64,000 bases of DNA from Cystobasidiomycetes sp. EMM_F5 (lineage: Eukaryota), in assembly GCA_051047955.1 (NCBI GenBank), contig JBPGPT010000024.1, positions 62,001 to 126,000 on the forward strand, given 5' to 3'. The position numbers were made by a program, and so were the translations under genes. Of the stretch, positions 15,694 through 28,549 are shown in pieces (the first letter of the stretch is position 1; every line of letters starts with the position of its first letter). Under the pieces are notes generated by a model that saw only the letters and a list, made by a program, of their open reading frames with translations, ran no database searches and was not told the origin of the DNA.

Positions 15694-18039
15694 ATGGAGA
15701 CCCGCACGAACAAGCAGCCGTGGACTCGGATCTCAGTCGCCTGCGAAAGGTGTCGGGCTCGCAAAAGCCGCTGCTCTGGCGAAACGCCTTGCACGTACTG
15801 CCGCAAATACGGCTTCGAGTGTAGTACCGTGGAGATCAGCCGGAAACGCGCAAGAAGCGATGGTAATACCAGTGAAGACCAGCAAGCATCTGACGCAGGT
15901 GGCTCGAACAACCATTTTGCGATATCTCAGGTTGATCCCTTTCACGACCCGTCTGACGGACTGCTCCCCTCCAACACTAACATATCCTCATCGAATGTCA
16001 ACGTGAGCGATATCCTGGCGTCAATGTCACAGGACCATCCCAAGCCAATGCTCGGTTCCGGGCATGGTTCCGGGCAACAAATAGCACCGCAGGCTCATAC
16101 ATCTCCAAGCGGTCTGGGAGACGTGCTCTCAGCTGATGGCATGGGACAGCCGACCTCCGGGCGCAGTGAGGTCGAACAATCTGTGTTCTATGGCAGCTCG
16201 GCCGCCATGAGTTTCGTGAGGAGAATTCTATCTGCGATGCCGGATCGGCCCTCCAATGCAACCCAGATAACCATTGCTCAAGCCCAGCCCATTCCCAGTA
16301 ACGCAAGAATAGGAGTTGTAAACGATTCCTTTGTGCTACCGACCAGAAGTCGGTCTGACGAAATGCTGCGGAGCTATTTTGAATTTTCAGGCAGTGCGGC
16401 ATATGCCCTACAGGTGATTGAATAACGGACCTGACGCTCGCATTGATAGGTATATTCATCGTTCTGCATAAGCCATCTTTCATGGCCGAGTACGAGCGCG
16501 TTTGGCTGTCAAATACCCAGCCTACGAGCGCCTTTCTGGCGTTGTTGAATGCTCTTTTCGCGTGTGCGATTCTCTTTCGCTCGGGTGAAACAAGTGCCGA
16601 ATCCGAGACCCTCTTTGCTCGCTCTGCAGCACTCTTGAGCGATACGATCGCGAACGACCGACCCACACTGCAAGGTCTACAGGTTGTACTGCTGCGATGC
16701 CAGTATACCCAAAGTACAGGCTCTGCCAGTAGCTGCTGGAGGTCACTGGGGACAGCTGTGAACATGTCGTATGCGTTGGGCCTACACAGTCCCGCCGCCA
16801 TTGTCAGTAATCATATCATTGACCAAACGCGGAAACGATGCTGGCAGGTCTGTCAAAACATGGACATGTAAGGGCGTCTGCGGTAGCTGTAAGTATTACT
16901 GAGCCAGTCTGATGCCAGAAAACAGCGTAATTGCCATGACTCTGGGTCGACCGCCTCTAGTAGCATACAGAACGTTGAAACTGGCGCCGGAGGCACTGGA
17001 TGACGAAAATATCACGGCTACAGCACTATATCATGCACGTCAGCAAACTCCAGCTAAGGTGCATGTTGTTTTACAGACTGGTCGCATTGGATTCGTCATG
17101 GGTAGAATCATCAACGACATGTACCTTTCCGAAGATGAAGGTCGGCACTTGAGCACCGCAGAAGAGGTCAAAACTCTTATGAGCTTGGAAGAAGAGATTG
17201 AAGATGTCGAACGCGAATGTCCGCCTCATCTCAAGAATAGTAATAATCGGCAGAGTACGATCATTTCAAATAGGTGTGCTTCTGCTTGTCTATACCATCT
17301 CTCAGCTGACATGACTTCCTCACTCAGAACTCTGCGTCTCCGGATTCTATTGTACCGGCCCGCACTGTCTATGGCATTAAAACGACTTCAAGAAAACGGA
17401 CAGACGCCTTTTGCAGACTCTGACGATTTACGAACTGCGTTCCGTCACAGGCAGCAAATGTCATGTCTAAATAGCGCCTATCGGCAAATAGATCTATGTT
17501 TTCTCACATTGCATGGTCCATCGGATGCACCATGGCTTCGTCGATCATGTCAGTCTGCTCGCTGCTATTTTGACGAAGCAGCGTTACTAATACCCTGCTC
17601 TCATCAGATATGTGTGACTGCATGTCAGTTCTACTGGCGTGCAAGGTCCTCAACATAGCTGGATTTTCGGATTTCAATACATATTGGGAAAAGGCGGTTG
17701 CAGTCTATCGCCAAGCAGTACCGAATGCTCAATCGCCTCTGATGCAGGGATTAGAGGTGTTCGAATCTCTCCGTTCACTACTGCAGATGCCCATCGAACC
17801 GGTCAACGATATACTCCCCACCACCGCCTTCAGCAACGAACAAGCAAATCTATGGACAACAGATGATATTTGGGGTAGTGAAGTAAGCCAGACGAAATTT
17901 CCTCCTTGGCATGTTGACTCAGCTGTTCCTATGCGCATAGAATTCAGAATGGCTACATTCAATACTATCTGGCGGTCTTCCCGATTTTTATACTGCGTAC
18001 GATGACGGCACAGGGTCAATGTCGTTTTCGACCATGTAG
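15694..18039 (+). CDS. Zn(II)2Cys6 transcription factor with fungal-specific middle homology region
   Basis: RISVACERCRARKSRCSGETPCTYCRKYGFEC; FYGSSAAMSF; LGLH...RKRCW; AMTLGRPP; LRILLYRP; spliced end SMSFSTM*. Confidence 0.93.
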
Positions 18040-18129
18040 TACACACTGTACATGCGAGTAGGCTGGTTGGGGCTTAAAGTAGTTCGCGATCGCATGGGAT
18101 TACGGGAATACGGGATCGGCCTGCAAGCG

Positions 18130-19544
18130 TCAGACTTGCGGCCATACCAGGACAGGCTTGATCACCGAACCGTCTTGCATCGCAGCCACCGCTGCTGCGA
18201 TACTATGCATGTCGAATCGCTGCGACAGCTTTTCGATCGGTAGACGACCTTGGCTATGCAGCTCCACGAGGAAAGGAATGAAAGTCTTTGGATTGGAGCC
18301 TCCGAGAGGCACGCCCATGATCCTCTTGTTGCCCAACATAAGGCGGCCGATATCAACTTCTATGGTCTTCCCGGGCGGATGTATGCCAACAACGGCTACA
18401 GTGCCGCCCGTGCCCAAGCAGTCGTATGCTGTGGAGAGCACCCCTGGTACGCCCGTTACTTCGACGGCGTAATCAACGCCTTTGCATAGGCTCTGGATCT
18501 TGCTTACAATATCGGGATCGCTGCCATTGAACGCGTGGGTAGCTCCAAGCTTAAGTGCCTTATCCAAACGATTTTGATGAAGATCGACGGCGATAATTTT
18601 GCTATAATGTCCATTGCGGGCAGCCATAATTGCACCGGCGCCGACTGCACCAATCTGTATGAAGGAGGTCTGACCATCAGATGACTTGGCGAATAATGAG
18701 CAGATAACCGACCCCAAAAATGGCGATAGTGCTGCCGACGGGTGCATCTTTGAATGAATTGAAGACTGTGCCACTGCCTGTCAGAACTCCACAACTGAGG
18801 CCTGGAAGGTAGCAATATTTCGTCAGAATACTGAAATCGTAAATTCTCTGAACGCTAACTCTACCTGAAGCCATCAGTTCCAGATTGGCGTCGTTTGGCA
18901 GCTTGATGGCCTTGTTTAGTAGAACATTCAGACTTGCTGTTTTTCATCAACATTGCGAAAAAGTTCGGCTTACGCCAGATTGCTCAATCAAAAGATGGCG
19001 AGCAAAGCCGCCTTGCGAAAGGAGGTTGGATATGCCCTTTCCGTTTCGGCTCCACGTATGGCGACCATTTGTTCTTTTACCGGCAAGATTGTATGCTGCC
19101 CAATGTTCACAGGTGTATTGACGCCCTCTTGTGCAGTGGCTGCATTCTCCGCAATGACACCAACAGAGGATGACCTTGTCGCCAGGCTGCGGTTCATACG
19201 GCTTTCAATCAGACTTCAAGCCGGATTTGAGGAGTATTTTTGATGCACCTGAAAATTCCTGACTCCTGGTCCGACTGCCTTTACAATCCCAGTAGATTCA
19301 TGTCCGAGTATTGCTGGTAGCGGAGTATGGCTTTTGCGATTTAGTAGATTTACATCCGAGTGACCTGGCGTGGGTCGTCAGAATATCACGTGTATGTCAG
19401 CGCCAAACGACTGCTTAGGAACTCACAGAGGCCACAAGCTACAACTTGCACCAGCAACTCGTTTGCATCAGGGTCGTCTACCTCGACGTCCTGATGGACC
19501 ATGCCTCCGCCAACATTTTCGACGACATAAGCTTGCGTTATCAT
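18130..19544 (-). CDS. Zinc-dependent medium-chain dehydrogenase, aryl/benzyl-alcohol dehydrogenase-like
   Basis: ACGLC|HSD, PAILGHESTG, CHCGECSHC...YTC structural Zn site, LSCGVLTGSGTV, IFG.GAVG NAD-binding motif, FIPFLVELHSQGRLPIEKL, VIKPVLVW. Confidence 0.92.
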
Positions 19545-19822
19545 GAGATGCGGAATAGGATAGTTCTTGTGCCCTGCGTATGATTGGACCCAGGTAAAGG
19601 AGTGGATCTCTACTACTTTGCTGTCGGATCTATGCTTGTCTCGGGAGTCGGGAGGCGCCCCGATAGCCGGTCAAAGAGGTGAAGAGAGACGAACAGCTTC
19701 TAGCGCACTTTCCTTATTATCATAATCTGCTGCATTCAAGGCTCTTTGTCGTGTATAATATTCTATATGCCTTGCAGTACTAAACGTCGATCGCGAAACG
19801 TCTCTGCCTTACTTTTGAATTG

Positions 19823-20917
19823 ATGTCCGAGTCGCGCACGATGGGCCTGCAGGTCGACGAGCATGCACTTAAGTACAGTACGCTCTTGCGATCCTGGCCG
19901 CGATCAACACCACGCTTGGATGTCTGGATAGACGGCCACCCGGATGCCTTCAGGATTCCATTGGCCTACCTGGAGAGATGCGGCACGAATTTCACCCATC
20001 TTTGCAAGATGATGCAAAGCCTCGTCAACGAGCCGGCCATTCTGCACCACCGTCTCGACACCGGCATGCCTGGGCAGGTCGTCAGCGCCGCTGCGCAACC
20101 GGCTGTCGGGGCCTACGTTCTGATCAGCCAAGGTAGGCGGGACCCTGTACGGCAGCGGAGTGCGCCTTCTTACTGCGTCGTCACACACAGGCGACGCTTT
20201 TACCTGGCGCAAAGGGCCTAACGGCAGCAAGAAATATCGAGCAGCTCGAACGCCTAGCGAAACGTCAACGTCGAGCAAGAGATCGAAATCCACTGCGGGT
20301 GTGAGTCGCGGTCGTCTTCCTGCGCATGAGTGACTGTGTCTGACATGCCAATCTCAGAACGACACTTTCCGATTTGAGATAGCCCGCCGCGATGTATTTT
20401 GCCTTGTCACAGACTCCTGGGAGCAATGCGAGTGCGCGCATATCGTGCCCAAAGCACGAGATGATGTGAGACGATTGATAAAGCGCCACGAGCTTTACTT
20501 TAACAAGAGCATCATCCGTAACAGATCTACAGAGAGATTTACGAGACTTCTATAACTCCGAATCTATACTCCCCGAACATGGGTCTACTGCTGCAGGTTG
20601 GTATACATACCAGGTTCGATGCTTTCAAATGGTCTCTGTACCACGATGTACGTTCTACACGAGCCATCTAATTAACGGCAAATGATCGCTGATCAGCAGA
20701 ACTCATGCAGGGCGAGGCTCTGATAGTTCAGTCCTTCGAGAGTCCTGACTCTGAAGTTTATCAGAAGTACCATGGCAAGCGTATACCTCTCACTCGTTTC
20801 AATACCCCAATACTATCCGACAGACCCGACCAACGCCTCCTGGACTGGCACTTTGCCCAATGCTGTATGATGCACATCAGAGGCTTCTCGGCTCAGCTGT
20901 CCATCAACGCGCAATAG
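19823..20917 (+). CDS. Fungal HNH-endonuclease (HNH_2-like) domain protein, possibly frameshifted
   Basis: Spliced motifs FRFEIARRDVFCLVT...CECAHIVPKAR and LYSPNMGLLLQVGIHTRFDAFKWSL, plus C-terminal RPDQRLLDWHFAQC. Confidence 0.7.
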
Positions 20918-21509
20918 TGACTGCACACTGCGCAGTTTGTTGTGCAACCCAGCTACGTTTGCTGATTGTCAACGTCAGACTGGGGTCATAGCCTGATTCA
21001 ACCATTTCGGGTCAATTCATTAACGAGTTCATCATCCCGATTCTCATATTCGTCATACGGCAGCCCTTCCGCTGTAGCCGTCTCTGAATCCATACCGACT
21101 CTCCAGAGATGCTCGAGGAATCTGAGCGACTGCTCCGCTGTTTCGGGAACGGTCGGCCCCTGTAACAACGACGAGCGCGAGATTGAGGGAAGAGGCAGAA
21201 TGTATGCAGTCGACGGGGATGTAAGTCGTGATTGACCGGCGGAGAGGGAAGAGTCGCACAGGTTGGAATGGGGCGAAGCGGTTGTAAATGATGGAGCAGC
21301 GAATGTTCGATATGCAGGTTAGAGATGCGTGCAGCTGTGTAGACGAGAAGCATGTCCATCGCCTCTTATACTCTGCAGAGACTAAAGACCACTCAAATAT
21401 CGAGGCGCGAATCAGGCACAATATATATCCTGCTTTGACAGACTCTTGCCGCACTGCACCATCAGAATTATCAGCACATCCTGACGCTCCTCTCTCAGTT
21501 CATGAACCC

Positions 21510-24500
21510 ATGCGCCGCTTTCTCGGTGGAAATCTGGCGACATCGACTGGCGCGTCCGGGCAGGGCGCCCTCAATGGGCCATCGAACGGGAATAATGGCT
21601 CGACGCCCGAGTCGTCTTCGAGCAATTATGTCGCGTCTGGCAGCCAGTCTATGGCCGCTGCTGCTACGGCGGCTGCGTCGGCATCGGCCGCAACTCGACG
21701 CGCCTTGCAAACCACCTGGCAACAATTTCGAGCCAATTCGACGAAATCAAGCACATCCCAGTCGAGTGATGCAGAGAAATCGAGCAGCAATGGTAAAGAC
21801 TCGGTATCGTGCACCTCGAGCGCGGAGATAGAACGCATAGATGGAATGGAACGTAAAGCGCAGTCGCAGTCGTCAGAGGCCAGTGCGGACAGCGTCCAAG
21901 AAGACTGGAACAGTATGCTTTTGCCCTTCTCGGAGCGGACGAAGACGACGGCAAACGAGATGGATAGTCCTGCACAAATGCCACCTATGCCCACTAGAAA
22001 CTACGCCAAACTCGACGTCTCGACCAGATATACTGCAAATGCATCAAGCATGGTGGATCTCAAAAACGAAATGCTGCTCGAACTGCTATCGAGTGATGCA
22101 ATGGTCCACGTTGGCGATTTTGAGATTCTCGGACTGGACGAGGTGGAGGACTTGCGAAAGGTGGGTAACGCCACGCGTTGTTTCACAGGACGCACAATCT
22201 GATGGCCTGACACTATGTCAACAGGAGCACTCGCACCTCAGTAACCGTCTCAATATCCTCCTCAACAAGCTAGAAGTCGAGTCCAAGATCAGAGATGCCA
22301 CAGTCTCCATGTCCAAGCTATATTCGTCGAAACGACTGTCGCGGCAAGCAGACGACCAAATCGATACTGCAAACCGCAAGGTGGCAAGTGTAGAAGCTGA
22401 TCTGAGCCGGATCGCTAAACGGGAGAGCGAGATCCGTACTCGTCTATTACGGCATATGGCTGCGATACTGGCTCTATCTCTCCAGAAATCAGAAGCCATG
22501 AACCTCTCTCCCTCCTCTGCTGCGTCTTCTGCCGCACTCTTGACGCCCACCCAGACAAGTATCGATAGAGCTGTTCTCCTCTCTCCGACTCTATCGACCG
22601 GCCAGGATTCGACTAGATTTACGAGATTCGAGGGAGCACATCTCTATGCCGGTAACAAGGACGCGTCGATACCAGTCAACAGATCACCTTTTACTGCCTC
22701 TCTCAACGGAGCGTTTCCATTGAGAGCTAGCGTCCTGCACAGGAATCATTCGCTAGACTCTAGTCAGGATCGTCTATTGGAAGGACATGCGTTGCCATTT
22801 GCGGCTTCATCTGCTTCAAACGGACTGAATGCACAACATGTAGCTGCACTGGAGGAACAAATTGCAGATCTCACTACGCGTCTACAGGAAGCTCAAGCCG
22901 CGGCGGAGAAACAGGAAACGGCTGGCGTGGCTCTACGCACCGAAAGAAGTTTGCTGAGTGATCAGATTAAAGTGCTCGAGCAGGCATCGGAGCAGAATCT
23001 TCAACAACAGCAAAAGCACATCAATAAGCTCCTGAAGGAACTGGAACAGAGTCATGCAGATGCGGGCACGTGGGAGAAGCAGAATAAACAAATGCACGAC
23101 GAGGTGCAGCACCATCGACAGAATATGCGGGATGTACTGCAAGCGGCTTATATTACGCATACAAGGACACTACAAAGCGTGCCTGCTATGGTCAAACAAG
23201 CGGAAATCTACCAGCGTTTCTCTGACAATCTCAGCAGGATGGATACTGACAATCTACAATCCTTTCTCGAAAACGATCTCGTCGGCTTCTTGGCCGACAG
23301 CTCGAAGTATCTTCAAACACATGCCAATGAGGTTGGAGCACTTCGCGAAGAATTGAAGACACTACGCTCCACACATACGAACGCTTCGTCTCGCTTCGCA
23401 GTAGAGGCGCAGCAGCGGGATAAACAGATACAAGGCCTACAGCAGGAGAATGGGCTGCTAGAAACCGCGATGGCACAGGCGCATGCAGAGAAGGGAGATG
23501 CTGAACGAGCTCTACATACCATGCAGACGGAGTTTGCGAGGCAGAGACAAGCTGCGAGTTCTGCGAGTTCTGAGCAGAATAGAGCGCATGCTACGGCGCT
23601 GGCGGATATGGAGCGCGCGGCGAGTGTGCGAGTGCAAGAGGCTGAAAAGATGCATGCTCAGCGAATGCAGCAGGCGGAACGATCTGCGTCTGAGAGACAA
23701 CAGGATATCGAACAGCGAGTCCATGATGCAGAGGCACATGCGCGTGACGTGACGCTGCTCTGCGAACGATTGCAAGATGAGCTCGAGGATGCCAAGCGTA
23801 GCGATGTCGCCAGTCTCGACAGTCTGCGAAGCGTATGGGCAGCCCTGCCGACTCAGCGGGCTCTACAAGCCAGGCTTGCTCTTGATCCAACGGCCGAGGT
23901 ATCTAGGTATGTTGCTGCGTATACTGCTAGGGCGTTACCGCACGAAGACTCGGCATCCCTACTTCCGCAAGTCTGGGACAGCGATGCGTTTGCGTTGCAT
24001 ATCGAAGCGGTGCTCGTTACAGAGGCAAAGCTTGTCAAGCGCTTAGCGGGAAGTGATGAGCATGCTGCTGGACACAAAGCATCTTCGGAGCGTGCTCAGC
24101 GACTGTTGCACGAGTCTACTGCGTCTCTGCAGACGTACGCGAGCCAGGTGAAGGAGTTGCGGGATCAGCGAGATGCGAGCGCGAGAAAGCAAGTGGAGAT
24201 GCTCGAAAAGGTCAACGAACATCAGGATGCGCTTGAACAGTCGAAATCTCAAGTCCGCCGAGCCGAAGGGGATGTCAGGGAATTGATGAAGAGAGTCGGT
24301 CAGTTGGAAAAGGAAAAGATGGAGTTGCAGTCGAAAAAGGAGGAAGTCACGGCTGCTGCTTCGCAGCAAGTAGTTTTACTACAGCGAGAGGCTGATGAAC
24401 TCAAGGAGGACCTGACGGCGGTGAGTGTGCGTGTGTAAAGGTTGTGGAGACGCGTGCTGATAAATCTCCATTCAGGCACAAGACGAGGTGGACGAGTTGC

Positions 24501-24625
24501 GAAACAAAGAGTCTAGACAGCGGGTGCAGCTGCTCGAAGAACTGTCGACGCTGACTGAAGAGGCCTCTTCTCTGCGAGCCCAACTCCGGACGGCTCAGCG
24601 CAAGTTGCAGACTGTGCGGGGGTGA
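21510..24625 (+). CDS. Uds1 (up-regulated during septation)-domain coiled-coil protein
   Basis: LLELLSSDAMVHVGDFEILGLDEVEDLRK|EHSHLSNRL...LEVESKIRDATVSMSKLY...RLLRHMAAILAL, then a long coiled coil. Introns near 22161 and 24421-24475. Confidence 0.8.
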
Positions 24626-24802
24626 TTCATTAAGTCGACCCAAGCACGGTGTATGGCAATCCCGTGCATATCCGGAGTGTACCTATATCCTCGTTGTTCA
24701 TGACTAGCCGTGCATCGCCGTGAAGAAGAAGTTTGCACCGCCTTATTTTGACTACTCTGCTTTAAACACTCCTGCATCTCGACACCTCTGCCAACCTGAG
24801 CC

Positions 24803-27800
24803 ATGTCGCAGCCAGTGACGCCCATCGCAGAGGAGGACGACGGCCACGACGACTTGTCAGGCGCGCACCCAGCCTCGATATCGTCGCCAGCCATACGCCG
24901 TCACCACACCGTATCGCACTCGCAGGGCCTGGGCAGCAGCTTGCAGCATGGCAGTGCATACCCTCAGCAGCAGCAGCATCATCATAACCACCACCAGTAC
25001 GGCGTAGTGTCTGCATCGTCGACGTCGCCCGCCGTCAATGGAACTTCTAGCCCGTCATCGTCGAGACTCTACCGAATTTCTGGCAACGCAAGTCCAGCCA
25101 AGGGAGTGCAGACGTCGACATCGAGGACATCGCCAGTTCCGAATAGGCTGCTGTTTGGAGCAGGAGCTGAGCCTGGCGGACTCGATATGTCAAGTCAGGA
25201 CTTGTCGACGGCAGTGAATGACGGTGATACTCCCCCAATGGCAGGGACGCTGCAGTCTTCCCTCGCCAGACATTCCAGCATGCCCGTATCCAGAGGCATA
25301 AGGCGAGGTCACAATCCTGGCGCACCCTGGGACCGAAGAGCGTCGCCCAACGAGGGAATGGCAGCCATATCGACAAGCAGTATAGCAGAAGAGGGCTCAG
25401 CTGGGCCTAGGCACAGAAGCAATACCTCCGTAGAGGTGCGCTGGTGGTGTTGAAAGTGCCTTTTCACACGCTAACGTAGACTTGAATTGATTCGCACGGC
25501 ATTCCAGGACAAGCGACTATCTGCATCCAGGCCACTCCTGTCCCCGCCGCTGACTTCCTCGGTATTCCATCCCGCTTCCCCGCCTCGCAACTCTGGCTTT
25601 GTCGTCACATCGCGTCCCTCGAGCATGAGCATGTCTGGCGACTTCAAATTTGGAAGTACTCCATCAGGCGGTGTCTCTGCCCACAGTCGAAGTCAGTCAA
25701 CCAGTAGCACTACCCAGACTAGCGCTGCAGCAGCTGCGGCGGCCGCTGCGTGGGCCTCAGCCGAGACTGTCGGAGCAAGCAGACCTCAACTAGAAACAGG
25801 TCCCGGTCATCATCATTCCTTCAGCCTGCATTCGACTCAGGCATCCAATACCTCTGGAGTAATCGACGCCGCCGACAGGTACTTGACGACCCTCAACAGA
25901 TCGTCGTCAAACTCATCCTACTCGCACTCGAGAGGGCAGTCTGAGTCCGTACTTGCAGTTCGACACAGCCATGATACTGCACCTGGGTCGAGTTCGGCAT
26001 CTTCCACGTCGCCAGCTGCTAGCCCCCTCGATCCCACCCTCCTGCGACAGAACAATCCTTGGAGCCCCACACCAGAGGAAAAAGTGCAGCTGTCGAGTTT
26101 GACTGTTCAAAGCAGTACTCCAAACTCTTCGCTCAGCCACGCACAGTCTGCTACCGTTCCCTTCAGCATCGACGAGGACAATCTCATATCATCACCTCGT
26201 CGAAACAATTCAGCCAAGCAAAGTCGGGCGGGACGTACAGCAGCGGTGACTGGAGGTGCGTCTGGCTTGTCCAGAAGCGGCAGTGTCAAGTATACTGCCG
26301 GTCCACAACGCAGAAATACACCTCTACTTGCGCCACTCGTCACAAATCCCGATACCTTGTACGATGCGGCTCAGCAGAGTCAGATTACCCCACCAAGCGC
26401 AGTTGATGAACACGATGAAGTCGATACTGCCGCACTTTTAGCGGCGCCTGGAATACCTCTGCAGAGCAATGACATGAGTCAGGCTTTGAGACAAAAGGAT
26501 GGACAACGTCTGCCATCACCGCATTTTGAAGTGTCTCCTACAACCACCCCAAATCCACAATACCCTTCAACCAGCGGCTCGCGAATCCTGCGAGGTCCCG
26601 TGTCTGCATCACCGTTCGTTCCCCCTATTGGACACACGCATCGTGATAATCAAGCTGCAATCTCACCAGACGTCGCGTTGAATCAATCGTTTGCGGCACT
26701 GAAGAGAGGCAATACTCATGGCCACGGCAACAATCGAAACCAGCATAATCGTGGCTTTCAAGCTACAAACTCGCAATCGCAAATACAGCAGAATCAGCAG
26801 CGAAGCCATGGACCGGTCTCCCAATCTAACGAGACGACTAGAGAATCAGTCAACGAAGCCAATGCAAATTCGGAAAATATAATGCAGCAACATTTCGCTC
26901 TACAACAGGCTTACCAGCAACAATCAGCAGGTATGCTGTCCAACACTTCGGCTGGACATCCGAACCCTACGCCTCTAGCGTTTCCATCACTGTTCGACAT
27001 GCACTCTGCGTCCGCACAAGCCTTTCAGAATAATCTGATTCAGCAGCAGATGCTCCTTGCGCAGCAGACGCAGGCCCTGCAAGAGCAGCAGGCTCAACTT
27101 GCTGCCGCGCTAGCTGCGGGCTTGTCGTTACGTGATGGCACGTCCGGCTTGAATGCCATCAAGCCACTCCCCAATGCTCCTTATGTGGATCCATATGCCA
27201 TAGCCGCGCGTATCGAGGCGCTTCAAAAAGCAAATATTGCGCTAGCAGCTGGTCAACATCTCCCTCCGCTGCAGCAAACTCAACCGCAGCAAATGTCGCT
27301 CAACGGCTATGCGGGTCCCTTTGCCCCCTTCTCTCCTCTTCCACTCTCGACACCTCAAATGAGCGCGAATCCAAGTCCTCATTTGGGTGGGGCATCACCC
27401 ATGCTACAACAGAATGGCCACGTAGGACAATCGAACGATGGTCGTCAATCACAGCAGGTAGCAGTTGATATTGCTGCTCTAGTCAAGGAGAAGAACTACA
27501 ACCCAGTAGATTTCCATGCAACGCCTGCCAATGCCCGCTTCTTTGTCATCAAGTCCTTTACGGAGGATGATGTCTTCAAGTCTATCAAGCATGAAATTTG
27601 GTCATCTACCCCGCTGGGAAACAATCGGTTAGACAAGGCCTTCAAGGAGTCGTCGAGTGCATACAATAATACTGCCAACGATTCCTCTGCAGATGGTACA
27701 AACTTGAACGGGGGCCCTCGTGGTCCGATATTCCTATTCTTCTCGGTCAATGCTTCCGGTCATTTTTGTGGAGTAGCCGAAATGTTGACGGCGCTCGATT

Positions 27801-28339
27801 ATTCCGTCTCGAGTGACATCTGGGCTCAGGGGGACAAGTGGAAGGGCACGATGAAATTGCGCTGGATCTACATTCGTGATATTCCAAACCCAGCTTTACG
27901 ACACCTCAAACTGACAAACACTAGTGAAATGAAACCGGTCACGAGCTCGAGAGACACTCAGGAAGTACCCTACGAACAGGGTTGCGAGATGCTCAGGATA
28001 TTCATGACGTACCCTTCCAAGACGACTTTATTACAAGACTTTGCGTATTATCAATCTCAGTCTCAGTCTCAGTCTCAAACACTCCGGCCTTCTCCACAAC
28101 CTCAGCAAAATCATCAGAACCAGTTTCATCCGCAAAGTACTCCGCAGATGCAGCACTTGGGACAGCCTGACGTGCCGCAGTACCAGCACCACCAGCAACA
28201 GCAGCAGCAGTACCGCCAGAATCCGCATACTGGCTTCCCCGGCCCATCGGCAAACAAGTCTCTGCCTCCGTTGCCGACTCAAGGCCTGTTTGCAACACCT
28301 GTACCGCTCAATCAGTACAATCACAACCATAGAGTGTAA
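24803..28339 (+). CDS. YTH-domain m6A-reader protein with long Q/S-rich disordered region
   Basis: ARFFVIKSFTEDDVFKSIKHEIWSST.GN.RLD.AF, IFLFFSVNASGHFCGVAEM, IWAQGDKWKG.MKLRW, KPVTSSRDTQE; one intron near 25436. Confidence 0.93.
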
Positions 28340-28549
28340 CATCATCCGATCCGGCATGAGAGTAGTTGCATATAAAATCCCCTATGTAGCGTCTAGCGAT
28401 GTACACGTATAGTCTTGGCAGACAAATGGAATGAATGGATCCGCATTGCCTGTGTCTTGCTCTGCTATTCCGTCATTGATGTCGCCAGCTGGTTCAGATT
28501 GACCGTCCTCTCTTGACAAGTTCAATACTTCAATACTAAACCAAGGACC

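Noticed and set aside
28055..28078. (TCTCAG)n tandem repeat; similar AAC and GAC triplet runs near 36341 and 61820
   Set aside because: Short coding microsatellites (SQ, N, S runs), not CRISPR or mobile-element repeats.
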